48,166 nt of DNA from NCBI RefSeq assembly GCF_048593235.1, contig NC_133618.1, forward strand, positions 141,898,996 through 141,947,161, in the 5' to 3' direction. The notes under the pieces are model-generated. The model was not told where the DNA came from. It did not search any database and saw nothing but the letters and a program-made list of their open reading frames with translations. The stretch comes from Sminthopsis crassicaudata. Its lineage: Eukaryota. Both the position numbers and the translations under genes were made by a program. Position 1 is the stretch's first letter. The number at the start of each line of letters is the position of its first letter. Shown in pieces: positions 46,254 to 48,166 of this stretch.

Positions 46254-47085
46254 CATATCTTTATATTTTACAAATATGTATTTTATACATAAACATATAC
46301 ATATACATATTTCATGCATCACTATATGTATATGTGCACATAAATGTATACATTAAATGTATCTATATTTATTATATATGTGTGTATATGTATGTATATA
46401 TTAAATATGTATTGTGAATAAATAGGTATATGTGGGTATATATATATAAATATTTGTGCATAAATTTATGAATAAAATATATATGCATGTACATATGTGT
46501 GTATACAAAAACTAATAAATGTAAATATGTGTGTACATAAAATATACGTATGTGTTATATGTGAAATATATAGATATGTAGATAAAATACAAAACGTATA
46601 TGTATGTATGTATGTATAAAACATGTATTCTTATATATGTATGTGTTATGTAGATATGTATAAATATATGTAAAGGTATATATGTATTATGTATATATTA
46701 TAAAATAACAAATATAAATATGTATGTATAAAATATATGCATATATTATATATATAATATGTGTATGGGTATGTATGTAGATAAAATACATATGTATATA
46801 TAGATAAAACATGTACTGTTACATATGTATATATATATGTATTATGTATATATTATAAAATATAAATATGTATATAAGTGTGTAATAAAATATGTGTGCT
46901 ATATATAAAATGTGTATATGTTGATAAAATATAAAATGTGTATGTATACATAAAACATGTATTATTATATATTTTTGTGTATAAAGATATATATAAAATA
47001 TATGTATATCTATATGTATTATATACATATTATCAAATAATGAATATAATATATATGTATGCATGTATATATACAAAATATATGT
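46254..47085. repeat. ~830-bp TA-rich low-complexity tract
   Basis: Direct inspection. Confidence 0.96.
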
Positions 47086-47339
47086 AGACTGTGTGTCCCT
47101 CTCCTCCCAGTTGGCTGGATCACCCTCTCTAAGCTAACCTCCCTAGCACATTAGCGTGAGCCACAAGCCCGTAGTGAGGCACTCAGAGACCAGAGACAGT
47201 AAGAGAGCTTTCTCAGGAGGAGGCATCTGGGAAGACTGAGGAGCAAACCCTGGGTTGGAGTTACCACTTGTACAAACTGACATCCTAATAGACACAATCT
47301 GTAGCTATAAGTATACTGTGATGTATACAAAATAAATAC

Positions 47340-47600
47340 TAAGCAGTGTGGGGAACAGGGCACTAGCAGTTGGCAGAATCAGGAAAATCTTCATGTGAAA
47401 TCTGACTCTTGAGCCTTGAAGAAAACCAGAATTTGCAAAAGACAGATGTAAGGAAGAAGTTAGTGCATTCCAGGCTGAGGGAATAGCCAGTACAAAGGAT
47501 GAGACAGGGGAGGGTGCAACGTATGCACAAAATTGTCAATAGACTATGGCAGCAAAATTAATGAAGACAGGCATAAGGACACTAGAAAGATTAAGAAAGG
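47340..47600 (-). mobile_element. L2 fragment
   Basis: tctgactcttgagccttgaagaaaaccagaatttgc...gcattccaggctgagggaatagccagtacaaagg. Confidence 0.7.
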
Positions 47601-47608
47601 GGCTGTAC

Positions 47609-47822
47609 TGTTGTTGCCCATTTGGGGTTTTTCTGGAAGAGATACTGAAGTGTTTTGCAATTTCCTTCTCCACCTCATTTTATAGATGAAGAAACTGAGG
47701 CAAGCAGGATTAAGTGACTTGCCCAAGGTCACACAGTCTGTGTCTGAGTCCAGATTTGAATTCAGGAAGACAAGTCTTTGTGGCTTCAAACCCATCACTC
47801 TACCCTCTGAGCTATCTAGTTG
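47609..47822 (-). mobile_element. Full-length MAR1-type SINE
   Basis: ccatttggggtttttctggaagagatactgaagtgttttgcaatttccttctcc...ttaagtgacttgcccaaggtcacacag...atttgaattcagg. Confidence 0.9.
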
Positions 47823-47995
47823 TTCAAAGGAATATGCCGTGACAAACTTAAGACTCTAACTGGGTTCAAAATCCAGCTCCTCCACTGTCTTATTTCATGT
47901 TCTTATCTAAATCACTTCATTTTTCTCCACCTCCATATGGGTGATTGTCTTAGTGCTTGAGTGCTGGCCACGTTGTAAAAAGCTGCACTGTTAAT

Positions 47996-48166
47996 GATGT
48001 TGTTGTTGTTATTGTTGTTCTTCTGCTTCTTCGTCATTATCATCATCATGGTGAACGATCAAAAGGATAATATTTCACCTGACAAAGGAACTGGATTTGA
48101 GTGAGACTGAGCAGTGCAAAATCATCAGTCTCACTCTCTCCCCCAAAGCTATCTGGGTCCAGTAGC
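47996..48166 (-). mobile_element. RTE-related SINE 3' end, running off the window
   Basis: (tgt)n tail, ggatttgagtgagactgagc...cagtctcactctctccccc...ctatctgggtccagt. Confidence 0.7.

Overview
This is repeat-dense marsupial genomic DNA. MAR1/RTE-tailed SINEs, MIR/MIR3, L2, L3/CR1, RTE and an Australian-marsupial-type L1 3' UTR point to a dasyurid such as Sarcophilus; the species call is inference. There are four N-gaps, and I found no host protein-coding exon that I can recognise. The main element is a 3.2-kb class II (betaretrovirus-like) provirus at 8754-11940, inserted into an L2. It has TG...CA LTRs, a near-perfect 6-bp TSD, a Lys-type PBS, a decayed full-length gag and a PPT, but pro, RT, RNase H, the IN core and most of env are missing. 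It keeps the gag-pro frameshift signal and the IN C-terminus with the env splice acceptor. A 58-aa Arg/Lys-rich then Leu-rich ORF starts directly after that acceptor, and a triple ~56-bp repeat sits before the PPT. Together these suggest a minimal gag plus Rec/Rem-like export module (hypothesis only). Two more LTRs of the same family show nested deletions and U3 swapping. Other observations are an old templated inverted duplication of an L2/MITE junction, an unidentified insertion inside an L3 RT, and several TE-free blocks with enhancer-like motifs. All repeat families were recognised by eye from remembered consensus features, and boundaries are approximate (about +/-20 bp) unless exact junctions are quoted.
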